Assembly: GCA_046261835.1 (NCBI GenBank)
Contig: JBHEOA010000098.1
Coordinates: 1 to 46,424 of the forward strand
DNA: 46,424 bases
Direction of reading: 5' to 3'
From: Gemmatimonadota bacterium
GTDB taxonomy: Bacteria; Gemmatimonadota; Gemmatimonadetes; JACCXV01; JAHWKZ01
Shown piece by piece: positions 36,784 to 46,274 of this stretch. The notes under the pieces are model-generated. The model searched no databases and had not been told where the DNA came from. It saw nothing but the letters and a program-made list of their open reading frames with translations. The stretch's first letter is position 1; every line of letters starts with the position of its first letter. The translations under genes and the position numbers were made by a program.

Positions 36784-37405
36784 CGTCCGCCGCGGCCGGG
36801 GAGTCGGGCGGCGCAGTCAGAGGCTCGGCCGGCCCGACCGGGGCCAGGTCCCGGATCCACGGCTGCTCGCCCAGCGATTGCGGCTCGAAACGCGTTCCCG
36901 TCAGCTCGTACCGGTACGAGCACCGGAGATCATCGTCTCCGTGCACGAGCGCGCGTATGTCCGGAGTGCGAATCTCATAGTTCCCGCCGAATCCCAGATC
37001 TTCGAATCTCGCCTCCAGGCGGTACGCGACCGCGTCGAATGAGTCGGCCGGTGTGATCCGCGCGCGAAGGGTATCGGGCAAACTGAGCTCTTCGCGCAAC
37101 ATCCCGTCGACCTCGAGGCGATCTCCGTCGAACTTTCCGGTCAAGGTGATGATTGGATTCATCCACACGGTAACGGTATTGTCGGGGGATTGCGTCACTT
37201 GAAGCTGAAACGACGTCAAAGGCGGCGGCAGCGGCGATGCGACGCAATCGCTCGACGAGGCGATCATTCGAGCGATGTAATTACCGCTCCAGTCGCGCGA
37301 TGGATACTCGGAGTCGCACCCTGCGAGGAATACCGCGAACGCGGCCCACGTAGACCGGCGAACCGATTTGGAAACGGCGTACCGGCCGTGTACGACCCCT
37401 GGCAT
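36755..37405 (-). CDS. Hypothetical lipoprotein
   Basis: Lipobox LAGC; ATG 37405 one base after the aldehyde dehydrogenase stop; start uncertain. Confidence 0.65.
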   Translation of the reverse strand: MPGVVHGRYAVSKSVRRSTWAAFAVFLAGCDSEYPSRDWSGNYIARMIASSSDCVASPLPPPLTSFQLQVTQSPDNTVTVWMNPIITLTGKFDGDRLEVDGMLREELSLPDTLRARITPADSFDAVAYRLEARFEDLGFGGNYEIRTPDIRALVHGDDDLRCSYRYELTGTRFEPQSLGEQPWIRDLAPVGPAEPLTAPPDSPAAADAIGAPAESL

Positions 37406-37406
37406 G

Positions 37407-38873
37407 TCAGTGGCTCGCATCGAGGATGAGGATCCTGGGCTCGGTCATCGCCTCCATCGCGTATCGCACACCCTCGCGGCCCAGCCCGGAATCCTTGACC
37501 CCACCGTAGGGGAAGTTGTCGACGCGGAACATCGGGGAGTCGTTGACGATGACACCCCCCACCTTGATGTGCTCGAATGCGTACAGAATTCGCCGAACGT
37601 CATGCGTAAAGATCCCGGCGTGGATCCCGTAACGCGAGTCGTCGACCCGGGCCACGGCGTCCTCGAACCGATCGTACGTCTCGATCACCACGACCGGACC
37701 GAAGATCTCCTCACGGAAGAGCTTCTCGTTGCGTCCGACGCGGGTAACGACGGCGGGTCGGATGAACCGCCCTTCGCGTTGACCGCCGGTCAACACCTCG
37801 GCGCCGTGGGCGACCGCTTCGGCCAGCCAAGACTCGATGCGCTCGGCCGCGGCGTCGTCGATCAAGGGTCCCACGACCGTCTCGGGGTCGCGCGGATCAC
37901 CCATGCGCAGATTATCGACTCGATCGACGAAAGCCGGGATCCACTCGTCGGCGATCCCCCGGTCGACGAAGAGTCGCTGCACCTTTATGCACACCTGCCC
38001 GGCGTGAGCGAAGCCGCCGATCGCCGCACGATCGAGCGCCCATGCGAGGTTGGCGTCACGGTGGACGATCATGCCCGAATTGCTGCCCAGTTCGAGCAGC
38101 ACCGGTTTCTTGCCCGCTCTCTGCTTGAGCATCCATCCCACACGTGCGCTGCCGGTGAACGACACCAGCGTGAGCCGCTCGTCGGTGGCCAGCGTCTCCG
38201 CTACCTCTGGCTCCATGTGGACGATGTTCAGCGCGCCGTGCGGCACCCCCGCCTTGGCGGCGATCTCGGCGAGGAGCAGGCTCGTGAGCGGCGCCTGCAT
38301 CGGCGGCTTGACGACGATCGTGCTGCCCGTAGCCAGAGCCGGGGCGATCTTGTGGGCGAGCAGGTTGAGCGGGAAGTTGAAGGGCGAGATACCAGCCACC
38401 GGGCCGCGTGGGAAGCGACGCGTGAACGCGAAGTAGCCCTTCGATCTTTCCTCGATGTCGACCGGAATGACTTCACCGCCGAAGCGCTTCGCTTCCTCGG
38501 CGGCGAGCGTGAACGTCGACACGGCGCGGGTGACTTCCGCTGCGGAAAACTGACGCGGCTTCCCGCTTTCGGCGATCATCCGCTCGACGATCTCGTCGCG
38601 CCGGGCGGCGATCCCGTCGGCGATCCCCTTGAGCATCCGCTCTCGCTCCCACGACGAGAGCTCGCGCGTTATTTCGAAGGCCTCGCGAGCGGCCTCGATG
38701 GCGTGGTCGAGGTCCTCGGCTGCGCCGAGGGGTACGGTACCGACGACCTGGCCCGTGAAAGGATCGACGATCTCGTCGACTTGATCGCCGCCTACCCATT
38801 CCCCGCCGATCCAGTTGGCGAATTCACGTACCGCCGTCGGGGACGGGCGTGCCATACCGGTGGCTCTTTTCAC
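37407..38873 (-). CDS. Aldehyde dehydrogenase family protein
   Basis: SPFNFP, FTGS, LELG, GQVC, EEIFGP, PYGGVKDSGLGREG. Confidence 0.95.
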   Translation of the reverse strand: MKRATGMARPSPTAVREFANWIGGEWVGGDQVDEIVDPFTGQVVGTVPLGAAEDLDHAIEAAREAFEITRELSSWERERMLKGIADGIAARRDEIVERMIAESGKPRQFSAAEVTRAVSTFTLAAEEAKRFGGEVIPVDIEERSKGYFAFTRRFPRGPVAGISPFNFPLNLLAHKIAPALATGSTIVVKPPMQAPLTSLLLAEIAAKAGVPHGALNIVHMEPEVAETLATDERLTLVSFTGSARVGWMLKQRAGKKPVLLELGSNSGMIVHRDANLAWALDRAAIGGFAHAGQVCIKVQRLFVDRGIADEWIPAFVDRVDNLRMGDPRDPETVVGPLIDDAAAERIESWLAEAVAHGAEVLTGGQREGRFIRPAVVTRVGRNEKLFREEIFGPVVVIETYDRFEDAVARVDDSRYGIHAGIFTHDVRRILYAFEHIKVGGVIVNDSPMFRVDNFPYGGVKDSGLGREGVRYAMEAMTEPRILILDASH

Positions 38874-38898
38874 GCGAAAGGAAGCTAGCGCGGTACGA

Positions 38899-38926
38899 CT
38901 TGGGGCGCCGTTGCCAGCGCCCCAAG
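38899..38926. terminator. 10-bp hairpin, possible terminator or processing stem
   Basis: CTTGGGGCGC-N8-GCGCCCCAAG downstream of the ECF-2 operon; no U-tract. Confidence 0.35.
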
Positions 38927-38976
38927 GATCACGCGCCGGCGGAAGAGGGACGCCGACACGTGCGGAGAAGTGAGGT

Positions 38977-39513
38977 CTAGCTCCCGGCCGTCGGCGCCGG
39001 CACGAGGAGCGCCACCACCGTGCGGTTGCCTTCCGCGAGAGGGTAGGCGAGGATGATCGTCTCGTCGAAGCGCGAGATCAATTCCTTGACCAGCGCTTCG
39101 GGTCCGCCGTCGACCTCGACTCGCAAGAACATCGCGTCGCGACGCGGCTCCTTGTAGGCGCCGGTGACGCGGACCGTCACCCCACCGATCTGAAGGGCGG
39201 GCGTTTCGCGTCCCGGCAGAATCGTCACGTCCTCGAGCTGCTGGACCTGGCCCGACCGAAGTAGATCCTGGATCCGCGTCACGCTCTCCCCCTCGGCCCA
39301 GACTTCCTGGAGCCGGGTCAGGGTGACATCGGTCGGGGCGCCGCCCTCCGCGAGATAGAGGATAACCCGGTAGGTGGAATCCCCCGTAACGGGGTCCTCT
39401 TGAGCGAAGACGTCCCGACCTGCGCCGGAGAGCGCGCCGAGCAGAAGTGCGATGAATCCCGCCCTACCGACGAATCCTGACGTAGCGATGAATCCGAACC
39501 GAATAGACCGCAT
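38977..39513 (-). CDS. Hypothetical exported protein
   Basis: RBS GAGGAGG before ATG 39513; signal peptide ending VFA/QED. Confidence 0.7.
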   Translation of the reverse strand: MRSIRFGFIATSGFVGRAGFIALLLGALSGAGRDVFAQEDPVTGDSTYRVILYLAEGGAPTDVTLTRLQEVWAEGESVTRIQDLLRSGQVQQLEDVTILPGRETPALQIGGVTVRVTGAYKEPRRDAMFLRVEVDGGPEALVKELISRFDETIILAYPLAEGNRTVVALLVPAPTAGS

Positions 39514-39587
39514 AGGGGTCCTCCTCGCGTACTCGTACCCACGGTAGAGGAGCGAGTTCCGGATGCCGGGAGGGCCCGGCGGGGGAT

Positions 39588-41015
39588 TTAATCCCCCGCC
39601 GGCGGCGCCGGGATCCCACCGGCGCCAACGGGTTCCGGCTCGTACGGCGCGGGCGGAGCGGGTCGCTCGACCTCGCCCCAATGGTAGCGTGTCCCGAAGC
39701 GGGTGAGAAGGAGGACGCCGAAGCCGACCGTCCAGGCGATCCATTGAATCACGAAGCCGATGATCCCCAGGATGATCGAGAAGACTTTGAGCGGCCCGCC
39801 CGCCATGCCGAGGACGGAGGCGAAGAACGAAACCGCCATGACGAGGCCCACCCCGACGAGAAGCGTCACGTACGTATTGGCGTGGCTCCACCCGAAGCGG
39901 CCCTCGGCGCTGTGCCCCACCGCCTTGGCAACCGCGGTGAAACCGAGGAGGATGCCGATCGCGAGAGCGAGGATCGCGAAGGGGATGACGAGAAGGAGCG
40001 GAATGCCCACGATCGAGATCGCGAGCACGACCACGACCAGGACGAGCGCTGGGAAGAACAGGAGCTCGGCGGCCAGACCCACTGCCGCCGCTTTCCACGG
40101 CGAGGTCCGCACGCGGTACTCCATCCGCTCGATGGGCCGTCGGGCGAGAAGAAGCGCCAGGCACGTCAGCAGGCCCAGCACCACGATCCACATGACCGTC
40201 CCGATCACGCCGCCGATCCCTCCCCATGGAGCGGGCGCATCGAAATCTCCGTGGCGGAAGCGGACCGGCGACGGGCCAGTCACCTCCTCGATCCCGCCGT
40301 GAATCTCAGCGCCGGAGGCGCGGTTCAGTCGTCCCCCCACCACGACCACCTCGCCCTCCACGACCGCCGCTGGGCCGAGGTCGAGTGAGCCGAGCACCGC
40401 GACCACGTCACCCGTGACCCTGCCATCGACGCGCACCGAGCCGAACACTGCAACGACGTCGCCGTCGACAGTCTCGTCCGCTTCTACGTGAATGCTGCCT
40501 CCGACCCGCACGCGATCCTCGCCGGCGTCGATGTCGACCTCGATATCGTCGTCTTCTTCGGAGGCGGCTGCTCCTTCGGGAAGCGGGGTGCCAGCGGCCA
40601 CCGTAGTCGTGTCGCTGACGGACGGCCCTGCCGGGGGCGTGCCGAGGCCAAAGAGCACCTGACGCGTCTGGGCGTCAAGGAACGAGAGGCGGATGACCAG
40701 GTCCGCGTCGGCCGGGATCCGCTGGCGCAGCTCTGCGCCGGTGACCGGCTGGCCGTTGATGGCAATGGTCTCGGCCGCCAGCTCGATCGACTGGATGTCT
40801 GTCGTTCCGTACTTGGGGATCAGGACGACCCCGTTCTGGAGCGGCAGCACCTGATAGCGCTCCTGGACCCCGTCGCGCAAAGCGGCCAGGGTCGCAGCTT
40901 GCGTCGTATCCGCCGGCTGGGCCGCCGGCTGGGCCAGTGCGGGACCCGGCAGCAGTGGAAGTACGAGCGCGCTCAATAGAACCGCGCGCCAAAGCATTGG
41001 TTTCGATCGGCTCAT
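39588..41015 (-). CDS. Membrane protein with bactofilin-like (polymer-forming cytoskeletal) beta-helix repeats
   Basis: GDVVAVFGSVRVDGRVTGDVVAVLG repeats then about 5 TM helices; ATGA overlap with the upstream gene. Confidence 0.78.
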   Translation of the reverse strand: MSRSKPMLWRAVLLSALVLPLLPGPALAQPAAQPADTTQAATLAALRDGVQERYQVLPLQNGVVLIPKYGTTDIQSIELAAETIAINGQPVTGAELRQRIPADADLVIRLSFLDAQTRQVLFGLGTPPAGPSVSDTTTVAAGTPLPEGAAASEEDDDIEVDIDAGEDRVRVGGSIHVEADETVDGDVVAVFGSVRVDGRVTGDVVAVLGSLDLGPAAVVEGEVVVVGGRLNRASGAEIHGGIEEVTGPSPVRFRHGDFDAPAPWGGIGGVIGTVMWIVVLGLLTCLALLLARRPIERMEYRVRTSPWKAAAVGLAAELLFFPALVLVVVVLAISIVGIPLLLVIPFAILALAIGILLGFTAVAKAVGHSAEGRFGWSHANTYVTLLVGVGLVMAVSFFASVLGMAGGPLKVFSIILGIIGFVIQWIAWTVGFGVLLLTRFGTRYHWGEVERPAPPAPYEPEPVGAGGIPAPPAGD

Positions 41016-41524
41016 CGCCACGATCTCCTCTCGAGGGCAAGCAGATGGTTTAGCGTATAGAGGGCGACGGCGCCGATCACGGCGCTGCCGGCGAGGCCAG
41101 CGGCGATCTCGGGCGCCTGGATGGCGACCGTGACCCAGCGGCCCAATCGGAGCAGGAATCCCCACACCGCGACGCCGACCTCGAACCATTCCACCAACGC
41201 GCCGGTCACCATGGCCGCCGTCTTGACGATCTCGCTCAGCCTGGGGATCTCGAGCGGAAGCCAGCGCAGGGCGGGAAGCAACCAGGCGGCGACACCCGTC
41301 ATGGCGAGCGCCGAGGCGATCGCCCAGCGCCAGCCCCACAGCGCGGGGGCGGTACGCCGGACGGCGACGGGGGCCGCCGCGAGCACTCGCTCGGCGAAAT
41401 CGGCTGCCGGCGCGAGCCGCGGAAAGCGCGCAAAAAATTCTACGAACGCGGCCTCGGCGCGCATCTCGTCACCCGCCGCCTCAGCGGTGAGCCAACGATC
41501 GAATTCTGGGGTGCGTCGCTTCAT
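41012..41524 (-). CDS. Putative membrane anti-sigma factor
   Basis: Follows an ECF sigma; APAADFAERVLA motif; 2-3 TM helices; RBS GAGAGGA. Confidence 0.65.
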   Translation of the reverse strand: MKRRTPEFDRWLTAEAAGDEMRAEAAFVEFFARFPRLAPAADFAERVLAAAPVAVRRTAPALWGWRWAIASALAMTGVAAWLLPALRWLPLEIPRLSEIVKTAAMVTGALVEWFEVGVAVWGFLLRLGRWVTVAIQAPEIAAGLAGSAVIGAVALYTLNHLLALERRSWR

Positions 41525-41543
41525 CGTTCCTCTCGGGCCACCC

Positions 41544-41568
41544 TACGGCGTCGTCGGGTGAAGGTTTC
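41544..41568 (-). promoter_or_regulatory. SigW-like ECF promoter GAAAC-N16-CGTA, internal to the operon
   Basis: Minus strand GAAACcttcacccgacgacgcCGTA between the sigma stop and anti-sigma start. Confidence 0.55.
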
Positions 41569-41571
41569 GGC

Positions 41572-42174
41572 TCAACCACTTAACGCGTGGCCGTCGGGAT
41601 TCCAACCCGCCGCGATGAGGAAGCCTGCCAATTCCTTGCGACCACGATGGATATAGGTCTTCACGGTTCCCAGCGGAAGCCCGGTGATGTCGGCGATCTC
41701 TTCGTAGGCGAGACCTTCCTGACCACGGAGGACGAGCACCTCGCGGTACTCGGGCCTGAGTCCCGAGAGTCCCGCCGCTAGCGCGTCGGCCAAGCTTCCC
41801 GCCACCGCCGCGTCGAGCGGAGAGGGCTGATCGGGATCGGCCACCGCTGCCGGGATCCCGCCTCCCTCAGATGGGTCGCGCGGTTCCAGCGAGACCGTCG
41901 GTACGGCCCCACGCCGCAAGTGGTCGAGGCATGTATTGTGGGCGATCTTGAAAAGCCAGTTGGAGAACTTGCCCTGTTCGGATCGGTAGGTCGCGAGCCG
42001 GGTAAACGCTTTGACGAAGGCGTCTTGCGACAGGTCTTCCGCGAGCTCCCGGTCGTGGACGATCCGTACGACGAGGTTGAAGACCGGGCGCTCGTAGCGG
42101 TGAACGAGCTCTCGATAGGCGGGCTGCGAGCCACCGAGCGCCTCCGTCACGAGCTGCTCGTCGGCTAGAGCCAC
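41572..42174 (-). CDS. ECF sigma-70 family sigma factor, SigW/RpoE-like (ECF-2)
   Basis: AYRELVHRY, AEDLSQDAFVKA, FSNWLFKIAHN, LAYEEIA, GTVKTYIHRGR; GTG 42174 after GGGGAG. Confidence 0.93.
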   Translation of the reverse strand: MALADEQLVTEALGGSQPAYRELVHRYERPVFNLVVRIVHDRELAEDLSQDAFVKAFTRLATYRSEQGKFSNWLFKIAHNTCLDHLRRGAVPTVSLEPRDPSEGGGIPAAVADPDQPSPLDAAVAGSLADALAAGLSGLRPEYREVLVLRGQEGLAYEEIADITGLPLGTVKTYIHRGRKELAGFLIAAGWNPDGHALSG

Positions 42175-42184
42175 ACGCTCCCCC

Positions 42185-42211
42185 AACGAGGTCGGTTTGA
42201 CGCGGGTTTCA
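42185..42211 (-). promoter_or_regulatory. SigW-like ECF promoter TGAAAC-N17-CGTT upstream of ECF-2
   Basis: Minus strand TGAAACccgcgtcaaaccgacctCGTT. Confidence 0.55.
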
Positions 42212-42925
42212 TCCGACTCGCATGTCCTCCCGCCGGAGGCAGAGAAGGCGGCATGGGTACGGGCGATGTTCGATCGCCTGGCGCCACGCTACGATCTGTT
42301 CAACGACCTCCTGTCGGCGGGCGTGCACCGGCGCTGGCGAAGGTCGGCCATTGTCGCGCTCGCGCCCGATCCGGGCAGACGTTACCTCGACCTGTGTGCC
42401 GGCACGCTCGATCTTGGGCTCGCGATCGCTGCGGAGGCGCCCGGCGCGGCGGTCGTGGCGGCCGACTTCGCGCTCGCAATGCTCCAGCGAGGCCGCGAGA
42501 AACAGATCACTCCGGGCGTGTGGCCGGTCGCAGCTGACGCCCTCGAGCTGCCTTTCCCGGACGCGACGTTCGGAGGTTGCATCGTCGGCTTCGGGCTGCG
42601 CAACCTGGCCGATCCCGTCGCCGGTCTGATGGAGATGCGCCGCGTCCTGTCCGCCGACGCGCGGCTGGTCGTCCTCGAATTCGCGACGCCGCCGAGCCCG
42701 TGGTTCCGGTCCGCTTACCATGCGTACTTCCACCACGTCCTGCCACGGATTGGTGCGCTGGTCGTCGGTGAGCGCGAGGGGCCGAGTTACCTCCCCGCCT
42801 CGGTGTCGCGCTTCCCCGACGCCCCTTCGCTTGCCGCCCTCTTTTCCGAGGCAGGCTTCAGCCGAGTCCGGTGGAAGCTTCTCACCGGCGGCATCGCCGC
42901 TCTGCATGTAGGGGTGGCGGCGTGA
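42197..42925 (+). CDS. menG: Demethylmenaquinone/ubiquinone methyltransferase (UbiE/MenG)
   Basis: VRAMFDRLAPRYDLFNDLLS, LDLCAGTLD, FGLRN, LEF, YLPASV. Confidence 0.9.
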   Translation: MTRVSSDSHVLPPEAEKAAWVRAMFDRLAPRYDLFNDLLSAGVHRRWRRSAIVALAPDPGRRYLDLCAGTLDLGLAIAAEAPGAAVVAADFALAMLQRGREKQITPGVWPVAADALELPFPDATFGGCIVGFGLRNLADPVAGLMEMRRVLSADARLVVLEFATPPSPWFRSAYHAYFHHVLPRIGALVVGEREGPSYLPASVSRFPDAPSLAALFSEAGFSRVRWKLLTGGIAALHVGVAA

Positions 42926-42944
42926 ACGCCGCACACGATTAGCG

Positions 42945-43865
42945 ATGCGCCCCTACCCGGAGATCGTTCACATGATCGGCGTCCCCATCGATCTCGGGGC
43001 GGGTCGCCGCGGAGTCGACATGGGTCCTTCGGCGCTCAGAATCGCCGGCGTCTATGAGCGGCTCTCGCGGCTCGGCTACGAAGTCCTGGATGCCGGTGAC
43101 GTGGCCACGACGATACCGGAGTCGGCCGACCCGGGAAATCCCAAGGCGCACTTCCTCGACGAGATCGCCCGCGTCTGCGGCGAGGTGTCCGGTCGGGTGC
43201 GGGCCGCGCTCGATGCGGGGGCAGTGCCACTCGTTCTCGGCGGCGATCACTCGATCTCGATCGGCTCGATCGCCGGCTCAGCCGCCTGGGCACGCGCGCA
43301 GGAGGACGAAATCGGGCTCTTGTGGTTCGATGCCCACGCCGACATGAACACGCCCGCGACGACGCCGAGCGGAAACATCCATGGCATGCCGCTGGCCGTC
43401 GCTCTGGGATACGGCGACCCCGCCCTTGTCGAGCTGGGAGGATGGTCGCCCAAGGTCACACCCGAGAAGACGGTGCTGATCGGCGCGCGCGACGTCGACC
43501 GGACGGAGCGCCCGCTGGTCCTCGATTCGGGGATCCGCGTCTTCACCATGCGCGCAATCGACGAGATGGGGATGGTCGCCGTGCTGGAAGAGGCGCTGGC
43601 GATCGTTTCCGAGGGAACGATCGGTTTTCACCTGTCGTGGGACATGGACTTCGTCGATCCGAGCTTCGCCCCCGGCGTGGGGACGGCGGTCAAGGGCGGC
43701 GTGGACTACCGGGAAGGACATCTTGCGCTCGAGATCGTGAGCGACACCGACGGCATGGTCGCGATGGACCTCGTCGAGGCCAACCCGATCCTGGACGACA
43801 GGAACCGAACGGGTGTGCTCGGGGTGGAACTGATCCTCTCGGCGTTCGGGAAGACGATCCTCTGA
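42945..43865 (+). CDS. rocF: Arginase
   Basis: GVDMGP, LGGDHS, DAHADMNTP, SGNIHGMP, DMDFVDP, APGVGT, EANP. Confidence 0.95.
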   Translation: MRPYPEIVHMIGVPIDLGAGRRGVDMGPSALRIAGVYERLSRLGYEVLDAGDVATTIPESADPGNPKAHFLDEIARVCGEVSGRVRAALDAGAVPLVLGGDHSISIGSIAGSAAWARAQEDEIGLLWFDAHADMNTPATTPSGNIHGMPLAVALGYGDPALVELGGWSPKVTPEKTVLIGARDVDRTERPLVLDSGIRVFTMRAIDEMGMVAVLEEALAIVSEGTIGFHLSWDMDFVDPSFAPGVGTAVKGGVDYREGHLALEIVSDTDGMVAMDLVEANPILDDRNRTGVLGVELILSAFGKTIL

Positions 43866-43898
43866 GGCGCGCCGCGTGACACCCTTCATGGACCTCGC

Positions 43899-44348
43899 TT
43901 GAAGTACGGGATCATCGCCGACACGCACAATCGTCTGCTGAAGTCGCTGTTCCGGGCGCTGGATGGAGTCGCGGAAGTGTGGCACGCGGGCGACTTCTGC
44001 CGAGCCCCGGTCCTGGATAAGATCGAGCTGATCGCGCCGGTCGTGGGGGTGCACGGAAACTGCGACGAGAAAACACTTATGCAGCAGCTTCCCGCCGAGC
44101 TCTGGATCGAGCGCGAAGGGATCTCGGTGCTGATCGTGCACGGCCACACGGTGAGCCCGATGGAGGCAGCGAAGCAGCGGCCGGTGGACCTTGTCGTCTT
44201 CGGCCACATCCACGCGCCGTACGACGTGACACGCGACGGCGTCCGCTACTTCAATCCTGGCACGGCCGGAGGCCTCCGACATACGCCGAGCGCGGGAATC
44301 CTGACGATCGAAGACGGCCACTTCCAGCTCGAGCACGTCGAGCTATGA
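43899..44348 (+). CDS. Metallophosphoesterase (YfcE/MJ0936 family)
   Basis: ADTH, HAGD, GNCD, VHGH, FGHIH, NPG. Confidence 0.92.
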   Translation: MKYGIIADTHNRLLKSLFRALDGVAEVWHAGDFCRAPVLDKIELIAPVVGVHGNCDEKTLMQQLPAELWIEREGISVLIVHGHTVSPMEAAKQRPVDLVVFGHIHAPYDVTRDGVRYFNPGTAGGLRHTPSAGILTIEDGHFQLEHVEL

Positions 44349-44438
44349 GCGGACGATCATGATGTTGGCTCTCTGACGGTTTTCCCCGGAAGCAATACCT
44401 ACAATCAGGTGAGGAAGCGTTTCCCACAAGGAGGGGAC

Positions 44439-45038
44439 ATGAACGAGATCATCCTCATTATTCTCGTCGTCGCCATCTCCGTTGTGCTCGCGGCTCTGGG
44501 CTGGTGGGCTTGGCGTCGACAGAGGAGCAAGAAGCTCAAGCAGCGGTTCGGCCCCGAGTACGAGCACGTCGTAGCCGAAAAGGGGGATCGACGAGCTGCC
44601 GAAAGCGAGCTCGCCGCGCGCCGCAAGCGATTCGAAAAGCTCGACATTCGGCCCCTGACCCCTGAAGAGAGGGGTAGGTTCGCTCAGCGCTGGCAGCAGA
44701 CCCAAGCGCGATTCGTGGACTCGCCCACGCAGGCGACCGTCGAGGCCGATATGCTGGTCGAGGAAGTCATGCGCGCCCGCGGCTACCCGGTCGAGGAAAT
44801 CCAGCAACGCGAGGCCGACATCTCGAACGAGAGTCCGGTCGCCGTTCAGCATTACCGCGCCGCGTGGGAGATCGCTCAGCTCAACGCTCGCGGGGAAGCC
44901 GGCACCGAGGATCTGCGTCAGGCAATGGTCCACTATCGGGCTCTGTTCGAGGATCTGCTCGCCCAGGGCGCGACCGGCGATCGCACTCCAGCGGCGGGAG
45001 AGCGGCCGCCAAGAGTGCATCACGAGGAGGTAGCATGA
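44439..45038 (+). CDS. Membrane-anchored conserved hypothetical protein
   Basis: RBS GGAGGGG; N-terminal TM; RFGPEY, QARFVDSP, TEDLRQAMVHYRALFEDL. Confidence 0.8.
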   Translation: MNEIILIILVVAISVVLAALGWWAWRRQRSKKLKQRFGPEYEHVVAEKGDRRAAESELAARRKRFEKLDIRPLTPEERGRFAQRWQQTQARFVDSPTQATVEADMLVEEVMRARGYPVEEIQQREADISNESPVAVQHYRAAWEIAQLNARGEAGTEDLRQAMVHYRALFEDLLAQGATGDRTPAAGERPPRVHHEEVA

Positions 45039-45361
45039 TGGACTCCCCGGTAGAGAATCGCACTGTTGCCGAGGCCCAACCGCAAACGTCCGACGGGGCG
45101 CTGATCACCGAAGAGGAGCGCCGTCAGCTCCACGAGAAGTGGCAGGCGATCCAGACCTCGTTCATCGACGAGCCGCGGCGGTCCGTCGAGGAGGCTGACC
45201 ACCTCGTCGAGGAGCAGATCGAGCGATTGGGCGAGCTGTTCCGACAGGCGCGCGACGATCTTGAGTCGACCTGGTCCCGTGGGGAGGATGTTTCCACCGA
45301 GGCACTCCGGCTCACGCTCCAGCGCTACCGCGCCTTCTTCGAGCGGCTCCTCTCCGTTTAG
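45035..45361 (+). CDS. Conserved hypothetical protein, paralog of the upstream gene's C-terminal domain
   Basis: ATGA overlap; WQAIQTSFIDEPR, TEALRLTLQRYRAFFERLL. Confidence 0.8.
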   Translation: MMDSPVENRTVAEAQPQTSDGALITEEERRQLHEKWQAIQTSFIDEPRRSVEEADHLVEEQIERLGELFRQARDDLESTWSRGEDVSTEALRLTLQRYRAFFERLLSV

Positions 45362-45374
45362 GCGGCCGGCAACC

Positions 45375-46274
45375 TCACCGCTGGCAGCGGGGGCAATAGT
45401 AGGTCGAGCGCTGCCCCTGGACGATGCGCGCGATCGGCGTGCCGCATCGATGACATGGTTCGCCCTCGCGGTCGTACACCGCGAGGAAGTCGTAGAACTC
45501 GCCGGCCTCTCCGTTCGCGTCGACGAAGTCGAGGTAGGTGGAGCCGAACGACGTGCCGGAGCGACCGATCGCGTCAGAGAGGACCGCTACGATGGCGGTG
45601 TGTAGGCGTCGCGCCCGCACCGGTCCCACGTGGTGCGCCCGACGGCGAGGGCTGATCCCGGCGCGCCACAACGCTTCCGATACGTAGATATTCCCGAGCC
45701 CGGCGACCTTCGTCTGATCGAGCAGCGCCTCCTTGACGGGGCGGCGGCTCGTCGCCAGACGCGCAGTCAGGAGTTCGGGCGTGAAGCCGGGCTCCAGCGG
45801 CTCGGGCCCGAGGCGCGCCTCGCGCGCCTGCCACTCGATCCCGCGCATGACCTCCATCTCCCCCAGCGTGCGCGGGTCCACGTACAGGAGGCGCGCGCCA
45901 TCGTCGAGCTCGAACGCCGCACGGGTGTAGGCGGGCAACTCGGCCCGCAACGGATCGCGCTTCTTGCGGGGTGCGGCTCCGCGCGACGCTTCGTCCCGGA
46001 CGACCCGAGCCTCCGCGGGCGGCGTTTCGATCAACCACTTGCCGCTCATCCTCAGATGGCTCAACCACACGCGCCCGTCGTCCAGGCCGAGGACGATGAA
46101 CTTGGCGCGCCGGTCCACCGAGACGATCCGCGCTCCTTCTACTGCATGCCTGAAACGGCGCTTCGATCCCCTCACGACGTTGTCACGGAGAACTCGCGCG
46201 CGAACGACCGTGCGACCGGGGAGCGCTTTTCTCAGGCGCCGAACGATCGTCTCGACTTCAGGAAGCTCGGGCAC
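45375..46274 (-). CDS. mutM: Formamidopyrimidine-DNA glycosylase
   Basis: MPELPEVET, RRAK, HLRMSG, LGPEPL, GLGNIY, C4 zinc finger. Confidence 0.97.
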   Translation of the reverse strand: MPELPEVETIVRRLRKALPGRTVVRARVLRDNVVRGSKRRFRHAVEGARIVSVDRRAKFIVLGLDDGRVWLSHLRMSGKWLIETPPAEARVVRDEASRGAAPRKKRDPLRAELPAYTRAAFELDDGARLLYVDPRTLGEMEVMRGIEWQAREARLGPEPLEPGFTPELLTARLATSRRPVKEALLDQTKVAGLGNIYVSEALWRAGISPRRRAHHVGPVRARRLHTAIVAVLSDAIGRSGTSFGSTYLDFVDANGEAGEFYDFLAVYDREGEPCHRCGTPIARIVQGQRSTYYCPRCQR

